This document shows, in pieces, positions 17,934 through 26,886 of a stretch of DNA of 64,000 nt (position 1 is its first letter; each line of letters starts with the position of its first letter). Both the position numbers and the translations under genes were made by a program. The notes under the pieces were generated by a model. The model was not told the origin of the DNA and made no database searches. It saw nothing but the letters and a program-made list of their open reading frames with translations. Source of the stretch: Isoptericola halotolerans. GTDB taxonomy: Bacteria > Actinomycetota > Actinomycetes > Actinomycetales > Cellulomonadaceae. Location: assembly GCF_013149785.1 (NCBI RefSeq), contig NZ_JABEZU010000001.1, positions 310,001-374,000 on the forward strand, in the 5' to 3' direction.

Positions 17934-19010
17934 ATGGACCTGACGCACGCACGCGAGACGAAGGTGCAGCTCGCCGGCTACGCCCGTGACCTGGCGGCAC
18001 GGTACGGGGGCGCCGTGGGGACGCGGTCCGTCGGCGAGCCCGCCGACGCCGTCCGGGCACCGACGCTCGCCATCGGCATCACCCGGGCCGACGGCGCCGG
18101 GGAGTACGAGATCGCGGTCCGCTACCGGCTCGGCGTCCCCGCTGCCCGCGCCGTCGTGCGCAAGGTGGTCGCCGAGGCGGGCCCGACGGCGGACGTGCGC
18201 CGCACGGGACGGATCCGGCGGCTGGGACCGGGACGCCGGGGGAGCGTGCGTGCCGACGCCCTCGAGCGTCAGCCGCCGGTCGCCACCGCGCTCGCCGTGG
18301 GGGAGACCGACCGGGTCCGACCGCTGCGCCCCGGGGTGTCGATCGCGCACGTCGACGTCACCGCGGGCACGCTCGGCGGGTTCGTCGTCGTCGACCCGAA
18401 CGGCCCGGGCGCTCCGGACCGGCCCGACCTGCCCGGTGGGACGGACGCGCTGTACGCGCTGTCCAACCGGCACGTGCTCGACGGCGACCCCGGTGACGGC
18501 GTGCTGCAGCCGGGGCCCGCGGACGGCGGGAGCGACCCGGCGGACCGGGTCGGCACGATCGCGGCCGTCGCCCCGCTGGCGCGCGGCGAGCGGGCCGGCG
18601 TCGATGCGGCGATCGCGCTGCTCGACGACCCGCAGGTCGACCTCGACTACCCGGTCGGACGCCTCACCATGACGGCGGACGCCGTGCCGGGGGACGAGGT
18701 CGAGAAGATCGGCCGCACCACCGGGCACACCCACGGGCGCGTGTCCGCCATCGAGATGGACGACGTCCTGGTCGGTTACGGGCCCGAGCTCGGGGTGCTC
18801 GCCTTCGACGGGCAGATCGAGGTCGAGTCGACCGGGTCGGGGCCGTTCTCCCGCGGCGGGGACTCGGGGTCGCTCGTCTACCGGGCCGACGGCGTGGCGC
18901 TCGGGCTGCTCTTCGCCGGCTCGGAGACCGGTGGCGAGGGTGGGACCGGGCTGACCTACGTCAACCCGATCGACGTGGTGCTCGACGCGTTCGGCGTGCG
19001 GCTGCGGTGA
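17934..19010 (+). CDS. Trypsin-like (S1/PA clan) serine protease without signal peptide
   Basis: AGTLGGFV, LSNRHVL (His), VDAAIA (Asp), KIGRTTGHT, FSRGGDSGSLV (Ser), GLLFAGS. Confidence 0.85.
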   Translation: MDLTHARETKVQLAGYARDLAARYGGAVGTRSVGEPADAVRAPTLAIGITRADGAGEYEIAVRYRLGVPAARAVVRKVVAEAGPTADVRRTGRIRRLGPGRRGSVRADALERQPPVATALAVGETDRVRPLRPGVSIAHVDVTAGTLGGFVVVDPNGPGAPDRPDLPGGTDALYALSNRHVLDGDPGDGVLQPGPADGGSDPADRVGTIAAVAPLARGERAGVDAAIALLDDPQVDLDYPVGRLTMTADAVPGDEVEKIGRTTGHTHGRVSAIEMDDVLVGYGPELGVLAFDGQIEVESTGSGPFSRGGDSGSLVYRADGVALGLLFAGSETGGEGGTGLTYVNPIDVVLDAFGVRLR

Positions 19011-19032
19011 GCCGCCGGGTGCCGTGCTCCCG

Positions 19033-19100
19033 TCTGTCCGGCACTTCGTGTTCTGTCCGGCAGTCCGGACTGCCGGACAGAACACGGACTGCCGGACAGA
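19033..19100. repeat. 68-bp loopless palindrome built from 19-bp units
   Basis: 34-bp arms with 2 mismatches, centre at 19066/19067; between convergent genes. Confidence 0.9.
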
Positions 19101-19123
19101 TCAGGACCACCCGCAGTCGCGGC

Positions 19124-19840
19124 TCAGGCCCATCGGGGGACGGGGGAGCGTGCCTCGCCCAGCGGGACGAACACGCTGTACCGGTCACCCCGGTAGGTGA
19201 AGCGGGAGTGGATCAGCGGGGTGCGGTCGGCATAGGTGCGCCGCTCGATGCGCATCACCGCGTGCGTGGTCGTCATCGCCAGCAGCCGGCGCTCCGCGCC
19301 GGTCGCGTCCGCCGCGGTGATGGTCTCCTCCCCGCCGGTCGGCACGTGCCCGCGGTCCCGCAGCGCCTGGTCCAGCGACTCCGGCACACCGTCGTCGAGG
19401 AGGTCCGGCGCGGGGCCCGCCGGGATCCACGCGTCCTCCACGGCCCACGGCTCGCCGTCGGCGGTCCGCACGCGCAGCACCCGGTGGGCGGGGCCGCCGA
19501 CGGGCAGGGCGAGCAGCTCCGCGACGGCGGCCGGGCACGGGGTGGTGCGCGCCTCCAGCACCTGGGACGCCGGGGTCATGCCGCGGCGGCGCACCTCCTC
19601 GCCGAAGGTCGTCAGCCGCATCTCGAAGTCGGCCCGCGGGGGTGCGACGAACGTGCCGCGGCCTTGGGCCCGCTCGAGGACGCCCTCGATGACGAGGGCG
19701 TCGATCGCCTGGCGGACGGTGGTCCGTGAGACGCCGAGCTCGCGGGTGAGGTCGCGCTCGGAGGGGACCGCGTCCCCCACGGTGAGGTCGCGCACCAGAC
19801 CGGTCAGGTAGGTGCGGACGGCGGCGGACTTCTGGGTCAC
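19124..19840 (-). CDS. GntR family regulator, HutC/UTRA subfamily (DasR/NagR-like)
   Basis: PSERDL..ELGVSRTTVRQAI..L..EG...QGRGTFV; UTRA tail YRGDRY. Confidence 0.92.
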   Translation of the reverse strand: MTQKSAAVRTYLTGLVRDLTVGDAVPSERDLTRELGVSRTTVRQAIDALVIEGVLERAQGRGTFVAPPRADFEMRLTTFGEEVRRRGMTPASQVLEARTTPCPAAVAELLALPVGGPAHRVLRVRTADGEPWAVEDAWIPAGPAPDLLDDGVPESLDQALRDRGHVPTGGEETITAADATGAERRLLAMTTTHAVMRIERRTYADRTPLIHSRFTYRGDRYSVFVPLGEARSPVPRWA

Positions 19841-19847
19841 CGCCGCC

Positions 19848-20300
19848 TCATCGGTCGAGCTCGAGCAACGGGTCGCCCGCGGCGACCACCGTCCCGGGGG
19901 TCGCGGTCAGCCGGACGTCCTGCGGGGCGGCCTCCAGCAGCACCACGGGACACAGGGTCGACAGCCCGCCCTCGCGGACCGCAGCCGGGTCCCACACCAC
20001 GAGCAGGTCGCCGGTGCGGACGGTGTCCCCCTCCGTCACGTGCAGAGCGAAGCCCTCGCCGGCGAGGCTCACGGTGTCGATGCCGAGGTGGACGAGGACC
20101 GCCGGGCCGTCCGGCACCTGCACGACGCAGGCGTGCGGGTGCACCTTGACGAGCCGGCCGTCGACCGGGGCCAGGACGGCGCCGTCGGTGGGTTCGACGG
20201 CGGTGCCCGGGCCGACCATCCCCTCGGCGAACACGGGGTCGGGCACGTCGGCGACGGGGACGACGGTCCCGCCGAAGGGCGAGCGGACGAGCAGTGACAT
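19848..20300 (-). CDS. crr: PTS glucose-family EIIA component
   Basis: VPDPVFAEGMVGPG, HPHA, LVHLGIDTVSLAGEGF. Confidence 0.9.
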   Translation of the reverse strand: MSLLVRSPFGGTVVPVADVPDPVFAEGMVGPGTAVEPTDGAVLAPVDGRLVKVHPHACVVQVPDGPAVLVHLGIDTVSLAGEGFALHVTEGDTVRTGDLLVVWDPAAVREGGLSTLCPVVLLEAAPQDVRLTATPGTVVAAGDPLLELDR

Positions 20301-20430
20301 CGGGCTCCTCGGGGTCGGGCCTACGGCGTGCCGTGTATTGACACAGGGTGCCGCATCGGTCACTGTGCGAGCCAATGGTCCCGTGAGCCCGTCGGACGAC
20401 GGTGCCCGCGGGGGACGGAGGTCACTGTCG

Positions 20431-22104
20431 ATGAGCATGACCCTCACCGGTGCGCCGGTCAGCCCCGGACGCGCGGCCGGGCCTGCCGTCACGATGCCCG
20501 ATCCCGTCCCGGAGCCCCGCACGACCCGGCTCGGGAGCGCCGACGTCGAGGCCGCCGTCGAGCAGCTCGCCGCGGCTGCCGCCTCCGTGCGCGACGACCT
20601 CACCGAGCGTGCGGGCCAGGTGACCGGGACGGCGGCCGACCTGCTCGCGGTGACCGCCGCGATCGCGGCGGACCCGACGCTCGCCGCCGACGCCGAGCGC
20701 CTCGTCCGCGCCGACCGGCTCACCCCGGAGCGAGCGATCTGGGACGCGGCACGGGCGCTGGTCAAGCAGCTCGAGAAGCTGGGACCGCCGTTGTCCGAGC
20801 GGTCCCGCGACGTCCGTGACGTGCGGGACCGCATCGTCGCCGAGCTCATCGGGGTGCGCCCGCCCGGCGTGCCGCGTCCCGACCACCCGTTCGTGCTGGT
20901 GGCCGACGACCTCGCGCCGGCGGACACCGCGACGCTCGACCCGGACGTCGTCCTCGGGGTCGTGACCAGCGGGGGCGGTCCGACGTCGCACACCGCGATC
21001 CTGGCCCGGGCGCTCGGCATCCCGGCCGTCGTCGCCGTGCGGGGCTCCGAGGAGATCCGTGACGGCGAGACGGTGCTGCTCGACGGCGGTGCCGGCATCG
21101 TCGTGCGCGACCCCGCGCCCGAGACGGTGGCTGCGGCCCAGCAGCGTGAGGCGGCCCGGCGCTCGTTCGACGGCCGGGGCCGCACCGCGGACGGCACCCG
21201 GGTCGAGCTGCTGGCCAACGTCGCGGACCCCGCCGGTGCGCAGGCCGCGATCGAGGCCTCGGCGGAGGGTGTGGGCCTGTTCCGCACCGAGTTCTGCTTC
21301 CTCGGGCGCAGCACGGAGCCCGCCGTCTCCGAGCAGGTCGCCGCCTACCGCCGGGTCCTCGCCGCGTTCCCGCGCCGCAAGGTCGTGGTCCGCACCCTGG
21401 ACGCGGGGGCGGACAAGCCGCTGCCCTTCGTCACCAGCGACGGTGAGCCCAACCCTGCGCTGGGCGTGCGGGGCCTGCGCACCGCGGCGACGCGGCCCGG
21501 GGTGCTGGACCGCCAGCTCCAGGCGATCGCCACGGCCGCCGAGGCGGAGAACGCCGAGGTGTGGGTGATGGCACCCATGGTCGCCACGGCGGCCGAGACG
21601 GCGGAGTTCGTCGCGGCCTGCTCCCGGCACGGGCTGAAGACCGCCGGGGTGATGATCGAGGTGCCGGCCGCGGCGCTGCGCTCGGCGGACGTCTTCGCCC
21701 ACGCGGCCTTCGGGAGCCTGGGCACCAACGACCTCATCCAGTACACGCTCGCCGCCGACCGCATGCTCGGCGAGCTGGCGGCGCTGTCGACCCCGTGGCA
21801 GCCCGCCGTGCTGGATCTCGTGCGGCTCTCCTGCGAGGGCGCTGCCGCGCACGGTCGCCCGATGGGGGTGTGCGGCGAGGCGGCGGCGGACGCGACGCTG
21901 GGCCCGGTGCTCGTCGGGCTCGGCGTGCGGTCGTTGTCGATGACCCCGAGGGCGCTGGCGGACGTCGCCGCGGTGCTGGCCCGGGTCACGCTCGACGAGT
22001 GCCGCGAGCTGGCCCGCCTCGCCCTGGCCCAGGACGACCCGGTGGAGGCGCGCAACGCCGTGCGTGACGCGATCCGTCCGGTCCTCACCGACCTGGGTCT
22101 GTGA
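20431..22104 (+). CDS. ptsI: Phosphoenolpyruvate-protein phosphotransferase (PTS enzyme I)
   Basis: GGPTSHTAILAR (phospho-His), GVGLFRTEF, EPNPALGVRG, GTNDLIQY, GVCGE. Confidence 0.95.
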   Translation: MSMTLTGAPVSPGRAAGPAVTMPDPVPEPRTTRLGSADVEAAVEQLAAAAASVRDDLTERAGQVTGTAADLLAVTAAIAADPTLAADAERLVRADRLTPERAIWDAARALVKQLEKLGPPLSERSRDVRDVRDRIVAELIGVRPPGVPRPDHPFVLVADDLAPADTATLDPDVVLGVVTSGGGPTSHTAILARALGIPAVVAVRGSEEIRDGETVLLDGGAGIVVRDPAPETVAAAQQREAARRSFDGRGRTADGTRVELLANVADPAGAQAAIEASAEGVGLFRTEFCFLGRSTEPAVSEQVAAYRRVLAAFPRRKVVVRTLDAGADKPLPFVTSDGEPNPALGVRGLRTAATRPGVLDRQLQAIATAAEAENAEVWVMAPMVATAAETAEFVAACSRHGLKTAGVMIEVPAAALRSADVFAHAAFGSLGTNDLIQYTLAADRMLGELAALSTPWQPAVLDLVRLSCEGAAAHGRPMGVCGEAAADATLGPVLVGLGVRSLSMTPRALADVAAVLARVTLDECRELARLALAQDDPVEARNAVRDAIRPVLTDLGL

Positions 22105-22372
22105 GGAACTCCTCGAGGGCGTCGAGCGCGTCGCGGGCGCGGTCCGTCTCCGCCTGAGCCGCGTCGTCAGGGACGTCGACGGTCAGCGTCACCGTGGTGC
22201 CGGCGTCGGCGCCGAGGGTCATGACCGCCAGGATGCTCGCCGCGTCCACCGGCGGGCGCCCGTCCCGGGAGATGCGGACGGGGACGGGCTGGTCGGCGGC
22301 GAGGCGGGCGAAGAGCGCGGCGGGGCGCGCGTGCAGACCCTCGGGGATCGCGACCACGGTGTGGCGTTCCAT
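22085..22372 (-). CDS. ptsH: HPr phosphocarrier protein
   Basis: GLHARPAA (His15), VDAASILAVMTLG (Ser46). Confidence 0.93.
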   Translation of the reverse strand: MERHTVVAIPEGLHARPAALFARLAADQPVPVRISRDGRPPVDAASILAVMTLGADAGTTVTLTVDVPDDAAQAETDRARDALDALEEFLTDPGR

Positions 22373-22404
22373 GGCGCCATCCTGCCCGATCCGAGAGTCC
22401 CCTG

Positions 22405-22435
22405 TTGACCTCAAGCTCGCTTGAGCTTCTAGGTT
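22405..22435 (+). promoter_or_regulatory. MerR/SoxR-type promoter with SoxR box
   Basis: TTGACC, 19-bp spacer, TAGGTT; CCTCAAGCTCGCTTGAGC matches 14/18 of the E. coli SoxR box CCTCAAGTTAACTTGAGG. Confidence 0.8.
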
Positions 22436-22480
22436 CGGTCTCGCCGGGACACGGCGGACGGACCGACGAAGGGCACAAGG

Positions 22481-24064
22481 ATGACGGACGACACCGGGGC
22501 ACCCCCCGTGACCAGGACGCGGACCGCGTCCGACCACCCGACGGGCGGCCCACCCCGCGCGGGCCGCAAGGAGTGGATCGGTCTGGCGGTCCTCGCGCTG
22601 CCGGCCATGCTCCTGATGATGGACATGACGGTGCTCCACCTGGCCGTCCCGCAGCTCACCGCAGACCTGGCACCCAGCGGGACGCAGCTGCTGTGGATCA
22701 CCGACATCTACGGCTTCCTCATCGCCGGGTTCCTCATCCCGATGGGTGTCCTGGGGGACCGGGTCGGACGACGGCGCCTGCTGCTGATCGGCGCGGCGGC
22801 CTTCCTCGTGGCCTCGCTCCTCGCGGCGTTCTCGCCGACCGCGGAGCTGCTCATCCTGAGCCGCGCCCTGCTCGGTGTCGCGGGCGCCACGCTCATGCCG
22901 TCCACGCTCGCGCTGATCCGCAACATGTTCCACGACCCGGCGCAGCGCACGTTCGCGATCTCTTTGTGGATGCTGAGCTTCATGGTGGGTGGCGCCATCG
23001 GTCCGCTGGTCGGCGGGGCCCTGCTCGAGCACTTCTGGTGGGGCTCGGTCTTCCTCGTCGGCGTGCCTGTCATGGTGCTGCTGCTCGTCGCCGGCCCTCG
23101 CCTGCTGCCCGAGTACCGGGACCCGGCGCCGGGCCGCGTCGACCTGACGAGCGCGGCGCTGCTCGTCGTCGCGATCCTCACGACGGTCTACGGCGTCAAG
23201 GAGCTGGCCTTCTACGGCCTCGGCGCCGCCTCGGTGGTCACGACGCTCGTCGGTGCCGGGCTGCTCGCGGTGTTCGCGCGCCGCCAGCGCCGTCGCAGCG
23301 TGCCGATGATCGACCTCACCCTGTTCTCCCGGGCGAGCTTCAGCGCATCCCTGGCGCTGGTCGCGCTCGGCACCTTCGCGATGATGGGCTTCAACCTCTT
23401 CGTGGCGCAGTACCTGCAGCTCGTCGCCGGCCTGAGCCCGCTCACGGCAGGCCTGTGGACGCTTCCGGGGACGGTCGCCGGCATCGTCGGCGCCCTCGGT
23501 GCCGCCACCGCGGTTCGCAGGGTCCGGCCGGCGTTCGTCATGGCGACAGGGCTGGCCGTCAGCAGCGGAGGCTTCGCGCTGCTCCTGCTCGCGGACTCCG
23601 CGGCCGGGCTGCCGATCGTCGTGCTCGGCTCGGCGGCGGCCTTCGTCGGGCTGTCACCGGTCGCCGTCCTGGGCACGGACCTCGTGCTGAGCACCGCCCC
23701 GCCGGAGCGTGCCGGGGCTGCGTCCGCGATCTCCGAGACGGGCAACGAGCTCGGCGGTGCGCTCGGCCTCGCGGTGCTGGGCAGCATCGGCTCCGCGGTC
23801 TACCGAGGCCTCATGGTCGAGTCCGCGCCCGTCCTGGGAGACGTGCCCGACGCCGCGACGGAGACCCTCGGTGCCGCTCGGGCGGTCGCCGCCGACCTGG
23901 GTGGCGACCAGGGTGCGCTGCTGCTCGACACGGCGCGCGACGCGTTCACGTCGGGTCTGCACGTCGCGGCGGCGGTGTGCGCCGTGCTGGTCGTCGCGCT
24001 CGGCGTGGTCGCCCTGGTGACGCTGCGCCACGTACCGGCCGGTGGTGGGACCGGGGAGCACTGA
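22481..24064 (+). CDS. MFS DHA2 (14-TM) drug efflux transporter
   Basis: MDMTVLHLAVP, GDRVGRRRLL, GATLMPSTLALI, ETGNELGGALG. Confidence 0.92.
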   Translation: MTDDTGAPPVTRTRTASDHPTGGPPRAGRKEWIGLAVLALPAMLLMMDMTVLHLAVPQLTADLAPSGTQLLWITDIYGFLIAGFLIPMGVLGDRVGRRRLLLIGAAAFLVASLLAAFSPTAELLILSRALLGVAGATLMPSTLALIRNMFHDPAQRTFAISLWMLSFMVGGAIGPLVGGALLEHFWWGSVFLVGVPVMVLLLVAGPRLLPEYRDPAPGRVDLTSAALLVVAILTTVYGVKELAFYGLGAASVVTTLVGAGLLAVFARRQRRRSVPMIDLTLFSRASFSASLALVALGTFAMMGFNLFVAQYLQLVAGLSPLTAGLWTLPGTVAGIVGALGAATAVRRVRPAFVMATGLAVSSGGFALLLLADSAAGLPIVVLGSAAAFVGLSPVAVLGTDLVLSTAPPERAGAASAISETGNELGGALGLAVLGSIGSAVYRGLMVESAPVLGDVPDAATETLGAARAVAADLGGDQGALLLDTARDAFTSGLHVAAAVCAVLVVALGVVALVTLRHVPAGGGTGEH

Positions 24065-24076
24065 GAGGCGGTCGTC

Positions 24077-24829
24077 TCAGACGGCGGCGCGGTCGATCGC
24101 CTGCTCGATCCCGTCGAGCAGGCGGTCGAGCGTCGCGTCGAAGGACGCGTGCCCGGTCTCGAAGCCACCCGCCTCCCAGATGCGGGTCATGGTGGGGTAG
24201 CGCCGGGGGTCGAAGTACGTGGTCCAGAAGTCCGACATGGAGTCCCAGTAGTCGTCGTTGCTCTGGCCGGACTCGGTGTCCTCGGAGCGTTCGGCGACGG
24301 CGGCGCGCGCGGCTCCGCGGACGTAGGTGTCGACGAGCCCGACGAGCTCGACCACCCGGGCGGGAGGCAGGCCGGCGTCGGCGAGGATGCGCAGTCCGGC
24401 CTCCTCGGCGTCGAGCACGTGGGGGGCCAGGGGCAGGCGCCACATGTTGGTCTGCAGGATCCACGGGTGCCGCAGGTAGAGGTCGCGGTGCTCGCGGGCA
24501 TGGCGGGTGAGGGCCGCGCGCCAGGGCTGGCCGGGCTCGGGCAGGGAGAGCTCGCCGAAGGCGCGGTCGATCATGAGGTCGACCAGCTCGGTCCGGCCCG
24601 GGACGTAGGTGTACAGCGTCATGGCGCCGACGCCGAGCTGTGCGGCGACCTTGCGCATGGACAGGCCGTCCAGGCCGGTCTCGTGGACGACGGCGGTCCC
24701 GGCGGCGACGACCTCGTCGAGGGTGAGGCGGGCCTTGCGCCCGCGGCCCGAGGGTTGCGGAGGGTCCCACAGCAGCGCGAGGCGCCGAGCGGCGTCGGGG
24801 CTGGCGGACGGTGGCGTGCTGCTCGTCAT
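24077..24829 (-). CDS. TetR family regulator with TetR_C domain
   Basis: LSMRKVAAQLGVGAMTLYTYV; HPWI; RYP; LLDG. Confidence 0.9.
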   Translation of the reverse strand: MTSSTPPSASPDAARRLALLWDPPQPSGRGRKARLTLDEVVAAGTAVVHETGLDGLSMRKVAAQLGVGAMTLYTYVPGRTELVDLMIDRAFGELSLPEPGQPWRAALTRHAREHRDLYLRHPWILQTNMWRLPLAPHVLDAEEAGLRILADAGLPPARVVELVGLVDTYVRGAARAAVAERSEDTESGQSNDDYWDSMSDFWTTYFDPRRYPTMTRIWEAGGFETGHASFDATLDRLLDGIEQAIDRAAV

Positions 24830-24873
24830 GGACCTTGCTCCAGGCTTCCGTATCCGGGGTTCCGCGCGATTTC

Positions 24874-24920
24874 CGTACAGTGTATGCTAACGTCTCGACA
24901 TCATTTCGGTACAACGTACG
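24874..24920. promoter_or_regulatory. Probable TetR operator pair
   Basis: CGTACAGTGTATG (24874) and GGTACAACGTACG (24908), imperfect palindromes in the divergent intergenic region. Confidence 0.5.
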
Positions 24921-24934
24921 AGAGGCGGGTCGCG

Positions 24935-25933
24935 ATGATCCGAGCGAGAGGTCTGACGAAGACCTTCACGCGGGGCAAGGACACGGTCGAGGCGGTGAAA
25001 GGTGTCGACATCGACGTCACGGAGGGCGAGCTCGTCGCCTTCCTCGGCCCCAACGGGGCGGGCAAGTCCACGACCCTGCGGATGCTGACGTCCCTGCTGC
25101 AACCCACGGCCGGCACCGCGAGCGTCGCCGGGTACGACGTCGGCACCCACCCCGCGCAGGTCCGCGCCCGGCTCGGCTTCATCGGCCAGGGCAACGGGGG
25201 CGGGTTCAGCTACCAGGTGCGCGACGAGCTGCACAACCAGGGGCGCTTCTACGGGCTCACGCCTGCCGAGTACAAGCGCCGGGCGAGCGACCTGGTCGAG
25301 GCGCTCGAGCTGAACGGGCTCGAGAAGCGGACCGTGCAGTCGCTCTCCGGCGGTCAGCGCCGACGGCTCGACGTCGCCCTCGGGCTGATGAACCACCCGC
25401 CGCTGCTCTTCCTCGACGAGCCCAGCACCGGCCTCGACCCGCACTCGCGCGCCAACCTGTGGGGCCACATCACCGCGATGCGCGAGCGCTACGGCATGAC
25501 CATCGTGCTCACCACGCACTACCTCGACGAGGCCGACGACATGGCCGAGCGCGTCGTGGTCATCGACCACGGCGAGATCATCGCCGACGCCCGCCCGGAC
25601 GTGCTCAAGCGCGAGCACGCCGACGACGTCCTCACCCTCGACGTGCGCGGCGGCTCGCCGGACGCCGTCCGCACGGCGCTCGCCGCCGTCGTCGGGCCGG
25701 GGACGGCGCACCCCGGGGAGGTGACCGTGCCCGACGACGGCGCACCGGACGGGCCTGACGGCCTGCGGGTGCGGGTGGCCACCTCGCGCGGGGCCGACCG
25801 GCTGCCCGAGGCGATCGAGGCGCTGCGGATCGCGGGCCTCACCACGACGTCGGCGACCGCCAAGCAGGCCAGCCTCGACGACGTCTTCCTCAACCTCACC
25901 GGCCGCAGCCTGCGCGAGGAGGCAGCAGCATGA
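24935..25933 (+). CDS. ABC exporter ATP-binding protein (DrrA-like)
   Basis: GPNGAGKST, LSGGQ, FLDEPSTGLD, TTHYL. Confidence 0.93.
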   Translation: MIRARGLTKTFTRGKDTVEAVKGVDIDVTEGELVAFLGPNGAGKSTTLRMLTSLLQPTAGTASVAGYDVGTHPAQVRARLGFIGQGNGGGFSYQVRDELHNQGRFYGLTPAEYKRRASDLVEALELNGLEKRTVQSLSGGQRRRLDVALGLMNHPPLLFLDEPSTGLDPHSRANLWGHITAMRERYGMTIVLTTHYLDEADDMAERVVVIDHGEIIADARPDVLKREHADDVLTLDVRGGSPDAVRTALAAVVGPGTAHPGEVTVPDDGAPDGPDGLRVRVATSRGADRLPEAIEALRIAGLTTTSATAKQASLDDVFLNLTGRSLREEAAA

Positions 25934-26763
25934 GTGCTCAGACCCAGACGACCGGAACCGCCAGGCGGGAGGAACCCCGCATCGTCGTGCGCACGGGGCC
26001 CGGCAAGTTCGTCACCGACACCCGCGCGGTGTTCACCCGCGAGATCCTGCTGACGCTGCGCGACCCCTTCACGCTGATCTTCTCGCTGCTGCAGCCGCTG
26101 GTGTTCCTCGGGTTGTTCGCCCCGCTGCTCACCGGGACGTTCGCCGACACCGGGATGACCACGGCACAGACGCTGCAGTGGTTCGTGCCGGGCGTGATCG
26201 TCATGATCTCGCTGTTCGGCACCTCCATGACCGGTTCGAACCTGCTGTACGAGCTGATGACGGGCTCCTACGAACGGGTGCTGGCGACCCCGCTCGACCG
26301 CTCGGCGATCCTCGTCGGGCGCGCTCTCAAGGAGTTCGCCCCGCTGGTGGTGCAGGGCCTGCTCATCGCGGTGCTGTGCCTGCCGTTCGGGTTCCGCTTC
26401 AACCCGCTGCACGCCGTGGCCGCGTTGGCGCTGCTGGGGATCTTCGGCATCGGCGTCGGGGCGCTGTCGTACGCGCTGGGCCTGGCCGCCAAGAACCGCG
26501 AGTGGCTGTTCTGGGGGGTGCAGCAGGCGCTGATCTTCCCGCTGCTCATCCTGTCCGGCATGATGCTGCCGCTCGAGACCGGCCCCGGCTGGATGCAGGT
26601 CGCCGCGCGGTTCAACCCGCTGACCTACATCGTGGACGCGGAGCGGGCGCTGTTCGCCGGCGACGTCACCGACCCCGTGGTGCTCTGGGGCCTGGTGGCT
26701 GCCGTCGTGACGTGCGCGGGCGGGCTGCTGGTCGGCGTCCGCACCACCCGTCGCCACACCTGA
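25930..26763 (+). CDS. ABC-2 type exporter permease
   Basis: Six TM segments, ERVLATP, NPLTYIVDAER; ATGA coupling. Confidence 0.9.
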   Translation: MSAQTQTTGTARREEPRIVVRTGPGKFVTDTRAVFTREILLTLRDPFTLIFSLLQPLVFLGLFAPLLTGTFADTGMTTAQTLQWFVPGVIVMISLFGTSMTGSNLLYELMTGSYERVLATPLDRSAILVGRALKEFAPLVVQGLLIAVLCLPFGFRFNPLHAVAALALLGIFGIGVGALSYALGLAAKNREWLFWGVQQALIFPLLILSGMMLPLETGPGWMQVAARFNPLTYIVDAERALFAGDVTDPVVLWGLVAAVVTCAGGLLVGVRTTRRHT

Positions 26764-26791
26764 CCTGACCCGACCCCACCCGACCCCCGCT

Positions 26792-26871
26792 GAGCGCTGT
26801 GGGCGGGAAATCTGGCCCTTTTTGCACTTGATGCACCTTTTCCGGACCCAGATTTCCCGCCCACAACGCTC
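26792..26871. repeat. Inverted repeat, 24-bp arms around a 32-bp T-rich spacer (REP/MITE-like or bidirectional terminator)
   Basis: GAGCGCTGTGGGCGGGAAATCTGG ... CCAGATTTCCCGCCCACAACGCTC, 1 mismatch. Confidence 0.85.
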
Positions 26872-26886
26872 GGCAGGGGGCGGAGC

